From the NCBI RefSeq assembly GCF_022846255.1, contig NZ_AP025682.1: a stretch of DNA of 64,000 nucleotides, one strand, 5' to 3'. Origin of the DNA: Escherichia coli (GTDB lineage: Bacteria; Pseudomonadota; Gammaproteobacteria; Enterobacterales; Enterobacteriaceae). The translations under genes were made by a program, and so were the position numbers. The notes under the pieces are model-generated. The model was not told where the DNA came from and ran no database searches. It saw only the letters and a list, made by a program, of their open reading frames with translations. This document shows positions 11,301 to 20,717 of this stretch, piece after piece; position 1 is the stretch's first letter, and each line of letters begins with the position of its first letter.

Positions 11301-12249
11301 GGCGTAAGTTCAGCTTGTTCAGCGCATCGGCGGTATCGCGAATTTCTCGCTCGCCGCTCATAAAAATCAGAATGTCGCCAGGGCTTTCCTGGCTCAGTTC
11401 ATCTACGGCATCGAAAATCGCCTGCAACTGGTCGCGCTCGGTGTCATCAGCTTCTTCAACAATCGGGCGATAGCGCACTTCCACCGGATAGGTCCGACCG
11501 GAGACTTCGATAATCGGCGCATTATTAAAGTGGCGCGAAAAGCGTTCCGGGTCGATAGTCGCGGAGGTGATAATAATTTTTAGGTCAGGACGCCGCGGCA
11601 GCAACTCTTTCAAATAGCCGAGGAGAAAATCGATATTCAGGCTGCGTTCGTGCGCTTCGTCAATAATGATGGTGTCGTACTGCATCAGCAGGCGGTCTTG
11701 CTGGATCTCTGCCAGCAGGATGCCGTCGGTCATCAGCTTGACCATCGTGTTATCACTGACGTGATCGCTGAAACGCACTTTGTAACCGATGCAACCGCCC
11801 GGCTCCGTTTTCAGCTCTTCCGCAATACGGTTCGCCACCGTTCTTGCCGCCAGGCGACGCGGCTGGGTATGGCCGATCAGCCCTTTAATCCCGCGCCCCA
11901 GCTCCATACAGATTTTCGGTAGCTGAGTCGTTTTACCGGAACCCGTTTCCCCGGCGACGATCACCACCTGGTGGTCACGAATCGCTTCGAGAATGTCCTG
12001 CTTTTTCTGACTAACCGGCAAATTGTCCGGGTAAGTAATCTCCGGTCGTGCCGCTTCACGCAGCAGGACTTTCCCTGCCGCATGGTCAATCTCTTTCGCC
12101 ATCTCCTGGAAAATGGCTTGTTGTGCATCAGGATTTTTAACCTTCTTCACACCGTGCAGACGGCGTAAAAAACGCTGTCTGTCGCGCAGCATCAGCGAAT
12201 CCAGCCGCTGCTGCAAGTCAGCAAAGGTCAATTTTTGTTGTTCTGTCAT
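8347..12249 (-). CDS. hrpA: ATP-dependent RNA helicase HrpA (DEAH-box), 1300 aa
   Basis: 1300 aa; Walker A GETGSGKTTQLP, DEAH motif (IIIDEAHERS), helicase C-terminal and HA2 regions. Confidence 0.95.
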   Translation of the reverse strand: MTEQQKLTFADLQQRLDSLMLRDRQRFLRRLHGVKKVKNPDAQQAIFQEMAKEIDHAAGKVLLREAARPEITYPDNLPVSQKKQDILEAIRDHQVVIVAGETGSGKTTQLPKICMELGRGIKGLIGHTQPRRLAARTVANRIAEELKTEPGGCIGYKVRFSDHVSDNTMVKLMTDGILLAEIQQDRLLMQYDTIIIDEAHERSLNIDFLLGYLKELLPRRPDLKIIITSATIDPERFSRHFNNAPIIEVSGRTYPVEVRYRPIVEEADDTERDQLQAIFDAVDELSQESPGDILIFMSGEREIRDTADALNKLNLRHTEILPLYARLSNSEQNRVFQSHSGRRIVLATNVAETSLTVPGIKYVIDPGTARISRYSYRTKVQRLPIEPISQASANQRKGRCGRVSEGICIRLYSEDDFLSRPEFTDPEILRTNLASVILQMTALGLGDIAAFPFVEAPDKRNIQDGVRLLEELGAITTDEQASAYKLTPLGRQLSQLPVDPRLARMVLEAQKHGCVREAMIITSALSIQDPRERPMDKQQASDEKHRRFHDKESDFLAFVNLWNYLGEQQKALSSNAFRRLCRTDYLNYLRVREWQDIYTQLRQVVKELGIPVNSEPADYREIHIALLTGLLSHIGMKDADKQEYTGARNARFSIFPGSGLFKKPPKWVMVAELVETSRLWGRIAARIDPEWVEPVAQHLIKRTYSEPHWERAQGAVMATEKVTVYGLPIVAARKVNYSQIDPALCRELFIRHALVEGDWQTRHAFFRENLKLRAEVEELEHKSRRRDILVDDETLFEFYDQRISHDVISARHFDSWWKKVSRETPDLLNFEKSMLIKEGAEKISKLDYPNFWHQGNLKLRLSYQFEPGADADGVTVHIPLPLLNQVEESGFEWQIPGLRRELIIALIKSLPKPVRRNFVPAPNYAEAFLGRVTPLELPLLDSLERELRRMTGVTVDREDWHWDQVPDHLKITFRVVDDKNKKLKEGRSLQDLKDALKGKVQETLSAVADDGIEQSGLHIWSFGQLPESYEQKRGNYKVKAWPALVDERDSVAIKLFDNPLEQKQAMWNGLRRLLLLNIPSPIKYLHEKLPNKAKLGLYFNPYGKVLELIDDCISCGVDQLIDANGGPVWTEEGFAALHEKVRAELNDTVVDIAKQVEQILTAVFNINKRLKGRVDMTMALGLSDIKAQMGGLVYRGFVTGNGFKRLGDTLRYLQAIEKRLEKLAIDPHRDRAQMLKVENVQQAWQQWINKLPPARREDEDVKEVRWMIEELRVSYFAQQLGTPYPISDKRILQAMEQISG

Positions 12250-12440
12250 AACGTTAGTGGGCAGTAGGCTGCCTGATTAATTTTCTTTTAAATGATAGAT
12301 ATAGAGTACCACATCGCGGCTTTCTATGCGTTGTTCAATAAATTCGAACATAGGCTTCGATTTATTGCGCTATCTCTGTGGCAGGATTGTGAATAAAGTG
12401 TCAACAAGCAACGGGGCATTGCCCATTCAAATATCTATAA

Positions 12441-13055
<615 letters not shown>

Positions 13056-13066
13056 GATTTATGATG

Positions 13067-13093
13067 CCTCCCACGAAAGTGGGAGGTTTTTTT
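13067..13093. terminator. Bidirectional intrinsic terminator between azoR and ydbC
   Basis: cctcccac-gaaa-gtgggagg hairpin followed by T7. Confidence 0.65.
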
Positions 13094-13095
13094 AT

Positions 13096-13962
13096 TTAAC
13101 CCGCCTTTTGCGCAATACTGTCCAGCGTTGCCAGCACGTCATCCGTTAGCACTAATTCATCGGACGCCATATTCTCCCGCAGATGCCCCACCGAAGAGGT
13201 GCCAGGAATCAACAAAATATTCGGTGAACGTTGTAACAGCCACGCCAGCGCCACCTGCATTGGTGTTGCACCCAGGCTCGTAGCAACATCGGAAAGCGTG
13301 GAGGATTGCAGCGGCGTAAAGCCCCCGAGCGGGAAGAACGGCACGTAGGCAATGCCATCACGAGCCAAAGCATCAATCATTGCGTCATCAGCACGGTGGG
13401 CAATGTTGTATTCGTTCTGCACGCAGACGATTTCGGCAATCTTTCGCGCCTCTGCAACCTGCGTCGGTGTGACGTTACTCAGGCCAATATGTTTTACCAG
13501 GCCTTGTTGTTGCATCTCCGCCAGCACTGTCAGGCTGGCCTCAATCGATCCTTCCGCTGGGCCATGACCATCCCCCATCATAACGCGCAGGTTAACCACA
13601 TCCAGTACGTCCAGGCCGAGATTACGTAGATTATCGTGTACCGCTTTTTGCAGCTCTGCCGGAGAAAATGCGGGTAACCAGGAAGCGTCCTCTCCACGCC
13701 GCGCACCAATTTTAGTGACAATTGTCAGGTCGTCAGAGTAAGGATAAAGCGCTTCGCGGATAATCTGATTGGTGACGTGCGGACCATAAAAGTCGCTGGT
13801 ATCAATATGATTGACGCCCAATGCCAGCGCCTCGCGCAGCACGGTTATAGCGACGTGGCGATCTCTTGGGGGGCCAAAAACCCCAGAACCAGCCAGTTGC
13901 ATCGCGCCATAACCAAGACGGTTAACGGATTTTGTACCGAGAGTAAATGTGTTGCTGCTCAT
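13096..13962 (-). CDS. ydbC: Aldo-keto reductase family oxidoreductase
   Basis: AKR fold (NHIDTSDFYG, catalytic Tyr/Lys context); position next to azoR matches ydbC. Confidence 0.8.
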   Translation of the reverse strand: MSSNTFTLGTKSVNRLGYGAMQLAGSGVFGPPRDRHVAITVLREALALGVNHIDTSDFYGPHVTNQIIREALYPYSDDLTIVTKIGARRGEDASWLPAFSPAELQKAVHDNLRNLGLDVLDVVNLRVMMGDGHGPAEGSIEASLTVLAEMQQQGLVKHIGLSNVTPTQVAEARKIAEIVCVQNEYNIAHRADDAMIDALARDGIAYVPFFPLGGFTPLQSSTLSDVATSLGATPMQVALAWLLQRSPNILLIPGTSSVGHLRENMASDELVLTDDVLATLDSIAQKAG

Positions 13963-14109
13963 CGCACCCTGCCCTGTAATAAAACGGATTAAGAAAAATC
14001 AGTATAGGAATGAATAGAGATAAATAATGCGAGGGTGTAAACAAGATTACTGGATGAGTAGCTCTAATATCCTGAAAGACACCAAAACAAGACGCGTCAA
14101 GTACCGCAT

Positions 14110-14149
14110 CCGGCAATAAAAAACCGCAACCTGTATCAGCGTTGCGGTT
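14110..14149 (-). terminator. Intrinsic terminator downstream of the paaY-like gene
   Basis: aaccgcaac...gttgcggtt hairpin followed on the minus strand by a T-run. Confidence 0.5.
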
Positions 14150-14162
14150 AAGGTATCACATG

Positions 14163-14783
14163 CTAAAAATTAGAACGTTCAGCATCTGGACGTGACTGTT
14201 TCGGTCGCAGATTCTCATCAAATACCAGACGCTGCCTGCCAGGTTCAACTTCCCGCAATGGCTCGACTTGATGCAACGTCTGCTTACAACGTGTCACCAG
14301 CACCTGATACTCATGCGTGCCCTGCTTTTTCCATGCCAGCTCCTGCTCACTAAGTTCACGAATCGCTTTTGCCGGGCTGCTGACAATCAGATAATTAGCA
14401 GGCATTTCTGCTTTGGCTTTCACAAATGCGGATGCGCCAACAATACTGTTCTCACCAATCACCGCACCGTCCATCACTACCGCGTTCATTCCCACTAACG
14501 CATTGCGGCGGATAATGCAGCCGTGAAGGATAGCGCTATGACCAATATGCCCATCTTCTTCAACGACAGTATCCTGCCCGGGAAAGCCGGGCATAACGCA
14601 ATTATCCTGAATGTTCGCGCCATCTTTCACCACGATACGACTAAAATCACCTCGCAGGCTGGCATTTGGTCCAACGTAAACGCCCTTGCCGAGAATAACA
14701 TCGCCGATCAATACCGCTGTCGGATGAACAAAACTCTCTTCTGTTACAATCGGAGTCAGACCGTCTATCTGATAAATTGGCAT
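14163..14783 (-). CDS. paaY: Hexapeptide-repeat (gamma-carbonic-anhydrase-like) protein, PaaY/CaiE/YrdA family
   Basis: Left-handed beta-helix hexapeptide repeats; N-terminus [11 protein letters not shown] resembles PaaY as recalled; genomic position corresponds to the end of the paa cluster, which is otherwise absent. Confidence 0.55.
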   Translation of the reverse strand: MPIYQIDGLTPIVTEESFVHPTAVLIGDVILGKGVYVGPNASLRGDFSRIVVKDGANIQDNCVMPGFPGQDTVVEEDGHIGHSAILHGCIIRRNALVGMNAVVMDGAVIGENSIVGASAFVKAKAEMPANYLIVSSPAKAIRELSEQELAWKKQGTHEYQVLVTRCKQTLHQVEPLREVEPGRQRLVFDENLRPKQSRPDAERSNF

Positions 14784-14889
14784 AACACCTCCTGTTCAAT
14801 ATTCAAACCGCCAAAACGTTGAAAATACAGGCTACCCGGCGAAGGCTGCTCACCGACCGAGGTTTCACCTTTTTCACTAACGAACGCTA

Positions 14890-15124
14890 CAGCAGCAGGC
14901 GCTACGCGCTGATAAAATTTGCCGATAAAGGTTTGGTGGTCGCGCAATATATTCGTAACCGTCGTCTCGATTTTTGTGCAGATGCGATTCGCCATGCCGC
15001 AGATGATGAAAAACTGGCAGGCATTGGCTTTCATTGGGGATTTTCCGACCAGAGTCATTTTTCAACGGTATTTAAACAACGCTTTGGGATGACGCCAGGC
15101 GAGAATCGGCGTAAATTCCGCTAA
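14890..15124 (+). pseudogene. C-terminal remnant of an AraC-family regulator (probably feaR 3' end)
   Basis: Only the last ~75 codons look like an AraC HTH (GFSDQSHFSTVFKQRFGMTPGENRR); no N-terminal domain; position between ydbL and paaY is where feaR lies in K-12. Confidence 0.45.
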
Positions 15125-15162
15125 CTAATTCGCGTTGCATGTACAGCAACGCGAATTAGTTA
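15122..15162. repeat. 17-bp perfect inverted repeat with 7-nt loop overlapping the stop codon of the AraC remnant
   Basis: taactaattcgcgttgc-atgtaca-gcaacgcgaattagtta read directly; no flanking U-run, so it may be a protein-binding palindrome or a factor-dependent terminator. Confidence 0.5.
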
Positions 15163-15295
15163 AAACAGATATTTGACTATGCATTTTTCAGGGCAAAAGA
15201 CAATTTGGCAGGAATTTTTGAATAATCATCTTATTTCCGGAAAATAGATTAATCGCCTTCTCCTGTAGCGTTATCCCGATATTGCGGTTTTGCTA

Positions 15296-15625
15296 TTAAA
15301 ATTTTCGCACCCATTTACCGTTTATCCCTTGTACATATTCCCCGGGTTTGGCCCGTTCTACGAGCTTTTGCCCGGCGAGTTTCGCGATATCATCCACCGA
15401 CACATTATTTTGCTTTGCCAGTTGTTGATAGCTCGCTTTACGTTCGGCATTGATGTCGGTTACTAATTTCTCAGTTTCAGCATCTGTTTTCAGCGCAACC
15501 AGATAACCATAAAATGTTTCGCCTACCCGCCCCTGAGTTCTGGCTTCATCCAGAGTCAATGCCATTACATTGCTGCTTACCAAGCCAACAAGAAATGCAC
15601 AAAGAAGTAATGTTCTTTTCATCAT
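15296..15625 (-). CDS. ydbL: DUF1318 periplasmic protein
   Basis: Start at MMKRTLLLCAFLVGLVSSNVMA (signal peptide) after a gagg RBS; gives ~108 aa, matching ydbL. Confidence 0.8.
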   Translation of the reverse strand: MMKRTLLLCAFLVGLVSSNVMALTLDEARTQGRVGETFYGYLVALKTDAETEKLVTDINAERKASYQQLAKQNNVSVDDIAKLAGQKLVERAKPGEYVQGINGKWVRKF

Positions 15626-15629
15626 CACC

Positions 15630-15815
15630 TCAAAAAAGATCGCTACGGGTCTCAAGCAGCTCTTCGACATCTTTGTCTGCCTTGATGATGATCTCATGCT
15701 CAATTTTAACGTTCATATTGATAGTGATCGGTTCCTTAGGTGCAGCGACTTCAATGCGAGGCGTACAGCCAACCAGCATAAAAGATGACGTCAACGCAGC
15801 CAGTAAAATTTTCAT
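15630..15815 (-). CDS. ynbE: Small lipoprotein, 61 aa
   Basis: MKILLAALTSSFMLVGC lipobox; 61 aa; translationally coupled between ydbH and ydbL. Confidence 0.8.
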   Translation of the reverse strand: MKILLAALTSSFMLVGCTPRIEVAAPKEPITINMNVKIEHEIIIKADKDVEELLETRSDLF

Positions 15816-18451
15816 TGTTTATCCTCACACTCTTTTCCTTGCGGACAGTCATTTCCCGGTAGACGCGCGTTCTGCTCCAGCCATGCCTGGAGATTATCGC
15901 CAAAGCGTAAACTGCGCCACAGCGTAAAAATATTCTCTTCATGATGGTAATTAATATTTACCGTACCGCTTTTACCATCAACGCGACTGGTACCTGTAAT
16001 ATTGGCCTGCATGGTTAATAAACCGAGATTATCTAAATTAATTTTTGTCGATGAACGGCTAATTTCCATATAGCGCAACCAGTTAATTGCTGAACCCGCG
16101 GTCATATTGTCTTTCACCACCGCATCTGCGGTGTCTTTATCCAGCCGCAAGGTCATCGGCCCGCTATTTGCCAGCCAGCCGTCTTTCACAATCCATTTTT
16201 CGTTGTTTAGCCATAACGGCAATGCACCACTAAATGCCCCGGACATGGCGAATTGTTTCGGATTGACGGCGCTAACCAGTTCGCTGGAGGAAAGATTATT
16301 CAGCCGCAACAGCGCCGGGTCATGTTGCGGCATACGTAATTGTTTCATCAGCACGTTACCGCCTAACACATCGACGCTAACATCAGTCAACAGCAATGGT
16401 TCTTCTTCAGTCCACGGATAACGCCCTTGCAAATCAGCCGTAATATTTTTCGCTGTAACCAGATTAATCACTTCGGCAATTCGCAACGTAACGGGACCGC
16501 GAGTCCCCAGATGCCAGGCTCCATCGGCAAAACGGAAAGGCAGGACAAAATCGACACCGTTAACCTGATTATCTGGCATCCAGGCACTACCGCCTTTCAA
16601 CACGCCGTGCCCTCCCGCGCGGAATCCTTGTTCGGGCGCTGCTGAAAATGCAACCTGAGCATACAGTTCACCATCGCGTAAGTTCATCTTCCAGTCGGGT
16701 GGCACCAACGGCTGGAATACAGTCAGTGATTGTTTAGGCCACCAGGCGTTACCGCGCAGACGAATACCGTCCCAGCGACCATTTACCCGAACCGGGCCAA
16801 TCTCACCAGCATGTAAATCGCCTTTAAAGAGGAAATACGTCGGATCGCGCCCATCGACGCTAAATTTTAAGGTTGATGGCGGTAACACACTGCCGCCAGT
16901 GAACAGCGTTTGCCCGGCGTCCAGTGACAGCGCGCCGCTGAAGGAGGGATGCTGTGCGTCACGTCCCCAGACGACGGGCTTGTCGAGAATTAATCGCGGC
17001 TTTTCTACCGTCATCGTACCGTATTGTAACTGGTCGAAACCGGTGGAGAGATCGGTCAGCGTAATCGTGCTGTCATGCCACTCACCTTTTCCTGCGACAT
17101 CCCAGGTGGCATTCATCGGTGTAAAACTCCCTTTTCCCCAGTAGCGCCACTGCCAGCGGCCAGCGTCAGGGAGAAAATCATTCGCCAGCCCATCCATATG
17201 CAGCACGAAATCGCCCAGTTCATTTTCATGCGCCTGCAAAATGGCCTGCAAACGTCCGTCAACACCACGTTGGGTGACTTTTACACCCGCTAAAGGCCAG
17301 CGGATTTCATCGATGTCCAGCGAATCAATGACTCTTCCCTTTGAACGAAGTAACGCGCCAGGCTCAAAGGTCAGCGTTGGGTCAGACAGACTTCCACTTA
17401 GCTGCGCAGGTAAACGGGCATATAAAATGAGGTCCGCCTGTTTCGCTTCACCGGTCAGCTGCAGAGGCAGCTGGCTGTTATCCATGCTTAATTTTCCTGG
17501 GCCAAAATTTAACACCGCGTTGCCTTTACCCGCTTGCCCCTGGGTCAGCACACTCAGTCGCCCGCTGACCAGAGCGTTCTCGAGCCCTGCCTGCCAGTTG
17601 TCGACTTTAACACCCAGTCGGCCACTCAAAGGAAAACCTGCATACGGCCAGCTCCAGCGACCATCGCTTACGGTCAATTGTTGACGAGTAATTTGCCACG
17701 GCAAATCGAGCAACGGATCGCCGTTATCCCGTGCCAGCACAATCAATTGCCCGCTATTTTCCTGCCAGTCCAGCTCGGCATCCACCAGTGACGGTTCCTG
17801 CGGCAAGTTTAACGTCGCAGTAGCATGACCACTTACCGGAAGTCCATCCGGCACGAGCGGCATAGTAAATTCCCCCACCAGTTTTACCGGCGGCTGATTT
17901 TCAAACGCGGCGACATCCAGTTCGCTGACTGTAAGTTGTTGCCCTTTCAGCTGGCCTTGAAATTTAACTTTTTCGCCCTGATAACGCAGTTGCTGGATAT
18001 CGGAGGTTAATGCGAGAGAGAGTTTTCCCTGCCATTCCTGCCAGGGAGAAAAAATCAGTTTATCGATATTGATCCAGGTGTTAGGCAGCATGGACTGCCA
18101 CTGCGCGAGGGTTTTTGGAGCGGCTGGCGATTGTTCCGCCTGCGGCAATTTCGCCAGACAAGCAGAATCAAGTTCTACCGTGCCGACGTTCAATAACCAG
18201 CGGCTGGGATGTGAAAGGCTGGCGTTGGTGATATGCGCAAGCTGACAATCTCCCACCAGATAACGGAGATCGGGGATGATTAAACCTTTACGCGTAATGC
18301 GTGGGCTTTCATCTAATGCAATACGTGTCCCGAGCGGTAGCCAGATGCCCGCCAGCGTGGGAACCCACAGCCCGAGCGTCATCAGCAGCGTCAACGGCAC
18401 AAGAATAATCAGTAATAACAGCGCGAGAACGGCTTTATATTTACCCAGCAT
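15812..18451 (-). CDS. ydbH: Large AsmA-like membrane-anchored protein, 879 aa
   Basis: 879 aa with N-terminal TM anchor; same length and operon arrangement (ydbH-ynbE-ydbL) as K-12. Confidence 0.9.
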   Translation of the reverse strand: MLGKYKAVLALLLLIILVPLTLLMTLGLWVPTLAGIWLPLGTRIALDESPRITRKGLIIPDLRYLVGDCQLAHITNASLSHPSRWLLNVGTVELDSACLAKLPQAEQSPAAPKTLAQWQSMLPNTWINIDKLIFSPWQEWQGKLSLALTSDIQQLRYQGEKVKFQGQLKGQQLTVSELDVAAFENQPPVKLVGEFTMPLVPDGLPVSGHATATLNLPQEPSLVDAELDWQENSGQLIVLARDNGDPLLDLPWQITRQQLTVSDGRWSWPYAGFPLSGRLGVKVDNWQAGLENALVSGRLSVLTQGQAGKGNAVLNFGPGKLSMDNSQLPLQLTGEAKQADLILYARLPAQLSGSLSDPTLTFEPGALLRSKGRVIDSLDIDEIRWPLAGVKVTQRGVDGRLQAILQAHENELGDFVLHMDGLANDFLPDAGRWQWRYWGKGSFTPMNATWDVAGKGEWHDSTITLTDLSTGFDQLQYGTMTVEKPRLILDKPVVWGRDAQHPSFSGALSLDAGQTLFTGGSVLPPSTLKFSVDGRDPTYFLFKGDLHAGEIGPVRVNGRWDGIRLRGNAWWPKQSLTVFQPLVPPDWKMNLRDGELYAQVAFSAAPEQGFRAGGHGVLKGGSAWMPDNQVNGVDFVLPFRFADGAWHLGTRGPVTLRIAEVINLVTAKNITADLQGRYPWTEEEPLLLTDVSVDVLGGNVLMKQLRMPQHDPALLRLNNLSSSELVSAVNPKQFAMSGAFSGALPLWLNNEKWIVKDGWLANSGPMTLRLDKDTADAVVKDNMTAGSAINWLRYMEISRSSTKINLDNLGLLTMQANITGTSRVDGKSGTVNINYHHEENIFTLWRSLRFGDNLQAWLEQNARLPGNDCPQGKECEDKQ

Positions 18452-18658
18452 GGGTAGTTAATATCCTGATTTAGCGAAAAATTAAGCATTCAATACGGGT
18501 ATTGTGGCATGTTTAACCGTTCAGTTGAAGGTTGCGCCTACACTAAGCATAGTTGTTGATGAATTTTTCAATATCGCCATATCTTTCAATTATATTTGAA
18601 ATTTTGTAAAATATTTTTAGTAGCTTAAATGTGATTCAACATCACTGGAGAAAGTCTT

Positions 18659-19648
18659 ATGAAACTCGCCGTTTATAGCACAAAACAGTACGACAAGAAG
18701 TACCTGCAACAGGTGAACGAGTCCTTTGGCTTTGAGCTGGAATTTTTTGACTTTCTGCTGACGGAAAAAACCGCTAAAACTGCCAATGGCTGCGAAGCGG
18801 TATGTATTTTCGTAAACGATGACGGCAGCCGCCCGGTGCTGGAAGAGCTGAAAAAGCACGGCGTTAAATATATCGCCCTGCGCTGTGCCGGTTTCAATAA
18901 CGTCGACCTTGACGCGGCAAAAGAACTGGGGCTCAAAGTAGTCCGTGTTCCAGCCTATGATCCAGAGGCCGTTGCTGAACACGCCATCGGTATGATGATG
19001 ACGCTGAACCGCCGTATTCACCGCGCGTATCAGCGTACCCGTGACGCTAACTTCTCTCTGGAAGGTCTGACCGGCTTTACTATGTATGGCAAAACGGCAG
19101 GCGTTATCGGTACCGGTAAAATCGGTGTGGCGATGCTGCGCATTCTGAAAGGTTTTGGTATGCGTCTGCTGGCGTTCGATCCATATCCAAGTGCGGCGGC
19201 GCTGGAACTCGGTGTGGAGTATGTCGATCTGCCAACCCTGTTCTCTGAATCAGACGTTATCTCTCTGCACTGCCCGCTGACACCGGAAAACTACCATCTG
19301 TTGAACGAAGCCGCCTTCGATCAGATGAAAAATGGCGTGATGATCGTCAATACCAGTCGCGGTGCATTGATTGATTCTCAGGCGGCAATTGAAGCGCTGA
19401 AAAATCAGAAAATTGGTTCGTTGGGTATGGACGTGTATGAGAACGAACGCGATCTGTTCTTTGAAGATAAATCCAACGACGTGATCCAGGATGACGTATT
19501 CCGTCGCTTGTCTGCCTGCCACAATGTGCTGTTTACCGGGCACCAGGCATTCCTGACAGCAGAAGCTCTGACCAGTATTTCTCAGACTACGCTGCAAAAC
19601 TTAAGCAATCTGGAAAAAGGCGAAACCTGCCCGAACGAACTGGTTTAA
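18659..19648 (+). CDS. ldhA: Fermentative D-lactate dehydrogenase (NAD-dependent), 329 aa
   Basis: D-isomer-specific 2-hydroxyacid dehydrogenase fold (GVIGTGKIGVAM NAD-binding motif); 329 aa. Confidence 0.95.
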   Translation: MKLAVYSTKQYDKKYLQQVNESFGFELEFFDFLLTEKTAKTANGCEAVCIFVNDDGSRPVLEELKKHGVKYIALRCAGFNNVDLDAAKELGLKVVRVPAYDPEAVAEHAIGMMMTLNRRIHRAYQRTRDANFSLEGLTGFTMYGKTAGVIGTGKIGVAMLRILKGFGMRLLAFDPYPSAAALELGVEYVDLPTLFSESDVISLHCPLTPENYHLLNEAAFDQMKNGVMIVNTSRGALIDSQAAIEALKNQKIGSLGMDVYENERDLFFEDKSNDVIQDDVFRRLSACHNVLFTGHQAFLTAEALTSISQTTLQNLSNLEKGETCPNELV

Positions 19649-19665
19649 TCTTCCCGCTCCCCTGC

Positions 19666-19694
19666 ATTCCAGGGGAGCTTATTCAGATAATCCC
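19666..19694 (+). terminator. ldhA intrinsic terminator
   Basis: gctcccctg-cattcc-aggggagc hairpin followed by a T-rich tract. Confidence 0.6.
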
Positions 19695-19758
19695 CAAAGA
19701 CCTTTCATCCTCTATTCTTAAAATAGTCCTGAATCAGAAACAGTAATTGAGAACCACA

Positions 19759-20181
19759 ATGAAGAAAGTAGCCGCGCTTGTTGCGCTAAGCCTGCTGATG
19801 GCGGGATGTGTAAGTAGTGACAAAATTGCTGTAACGCCAGAACAGCTACAGCATCATCGCTTTGTGCTGGAAAGCGTAAACGGTAAGCCCGTGACCAGCG
19901 ATAAAAATCCGCCAGAAATCAGCTTTGGTGAAAAGATGATGATTTCCGGCAGCATGTGTAACCGCTTTAGCGGTGAAGGCAAACTGTCTAATGGTGAACT
20001 GACCGCCAAAGGGCTGGCAATGACCCGTATGATGTGCGCTAACCCGCAGCTTAATGAACTCGATAACACCATTAGCGAAATGCTGAAAGAAGGTGCACAA
20101 GTGGATCTGACCGCGAACCAGTTAACGCTGGCGACCGCGAAACAGACATTAACTTATAAGCTGGCGGATTTAATGAATTAA
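19759..20181 (+). CDS. hslJ: Heat-shock lipoprotein HslJ (META domain), 140 aa
   Basis: Start at MKKVAALVALSLLMAGC (lipobox); 140 aa; downstream of ldhA. Confidence 0.85.
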   Translation: MKKVAALVALSLLMAGCVSSDKIAVTPEQLQHHRFVLESVNGKPVTSDKNPPEISFGEKMMISGSMCNRFSGEGKLSNGELTAKGLAMTRMMCANPQLNELDNTISEMLKEGAQVDLTANQLTLATAKQTLTYKLADLMN

Positions 20182-20444
20182 TAGCTGCCACAGCTCCCGG
20201 CGGCAAGTGACTGTTCGCTACAGCGTTTGCCGTTGGGTAATGCACACATCCCAATCGCCGTACCATCCAGTTGGCGGGCAACAGAAAGCGAACCGCCGAT
20301 CATTGCACAATTTGCTTCTCCACTACTGGACATCGACGCTTTTAAACCTGGCGCTACGTGCGCCGCAGTCGCCTGCTGAACAGGTTCACTACTACACGCC
20401 GACAACAATAAAGCGGCACACCCTACCCAAAACGCTGCTCGCAT
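20178..20444 (-). CDS. ydbJ: DUF333 lipoprotein-like protein, 88 aa
   Basis: 88 aa with signal peptide and LLLSACSS lipobox; between hslJ and ydbK. Confidence 0.75.
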   Translation of the reverse strand: MRAAFWVGCAALLLSACSSEPVQQATAAHVAPGLKASMSSSGEANCAMIGGSLSVARQLDGTAIGMCALPNGKRCSEQSLAAGSCGSY

Positions 20445-20717
20445 CTTTTCTTCCTCTGATCTTCAAGCCAAACGACACCGCCATAAATAATAGGCAGCAC
20501 AGAGGGCGGCGTCGAGAGCTGTCCTGCGCGTTGCCCCGCATTTTTACTTTTTTATGGCTATTTTTTTGCCCTCTGTTTGATCAAAACATTCATTACGCTG
20601 ATGTGGGGGACACAAAAGCGAAAATGCAGAAGAAAGCCATTTGCTAAAATTGAACGATTACTACTGGGCGCGCAGCAATTTCGTGCGCCCCTCATTTGCG
20701 CAATGTAAGGGTGTCAT

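Noticed and set aside
8512-12168. Multiple 60-170 aa plus-strand ORFs inside hrpA
   Set aside because: Entirely antisense to a 1300 aa helicase with intact motifs; no RBS; typical shadow ORFs in GC-balanced coding sequence.
14819-14889. N-terminal ~24 codons of the 101 aa ORF containing the AraC HTH fragment
   Set aside because: Only the C-terminal ~75 residues look AraC-like; the N-terminal part is read-through of deletion-junction DNA, so it is called a remnant rather than a gene.
14765-15065. Minus-strand ORFs of 62-97 aa overlapping the AraC remnant
   Set aside because: Antisense to the AraC HTH frame, which is the only one with recognisable family similarity.
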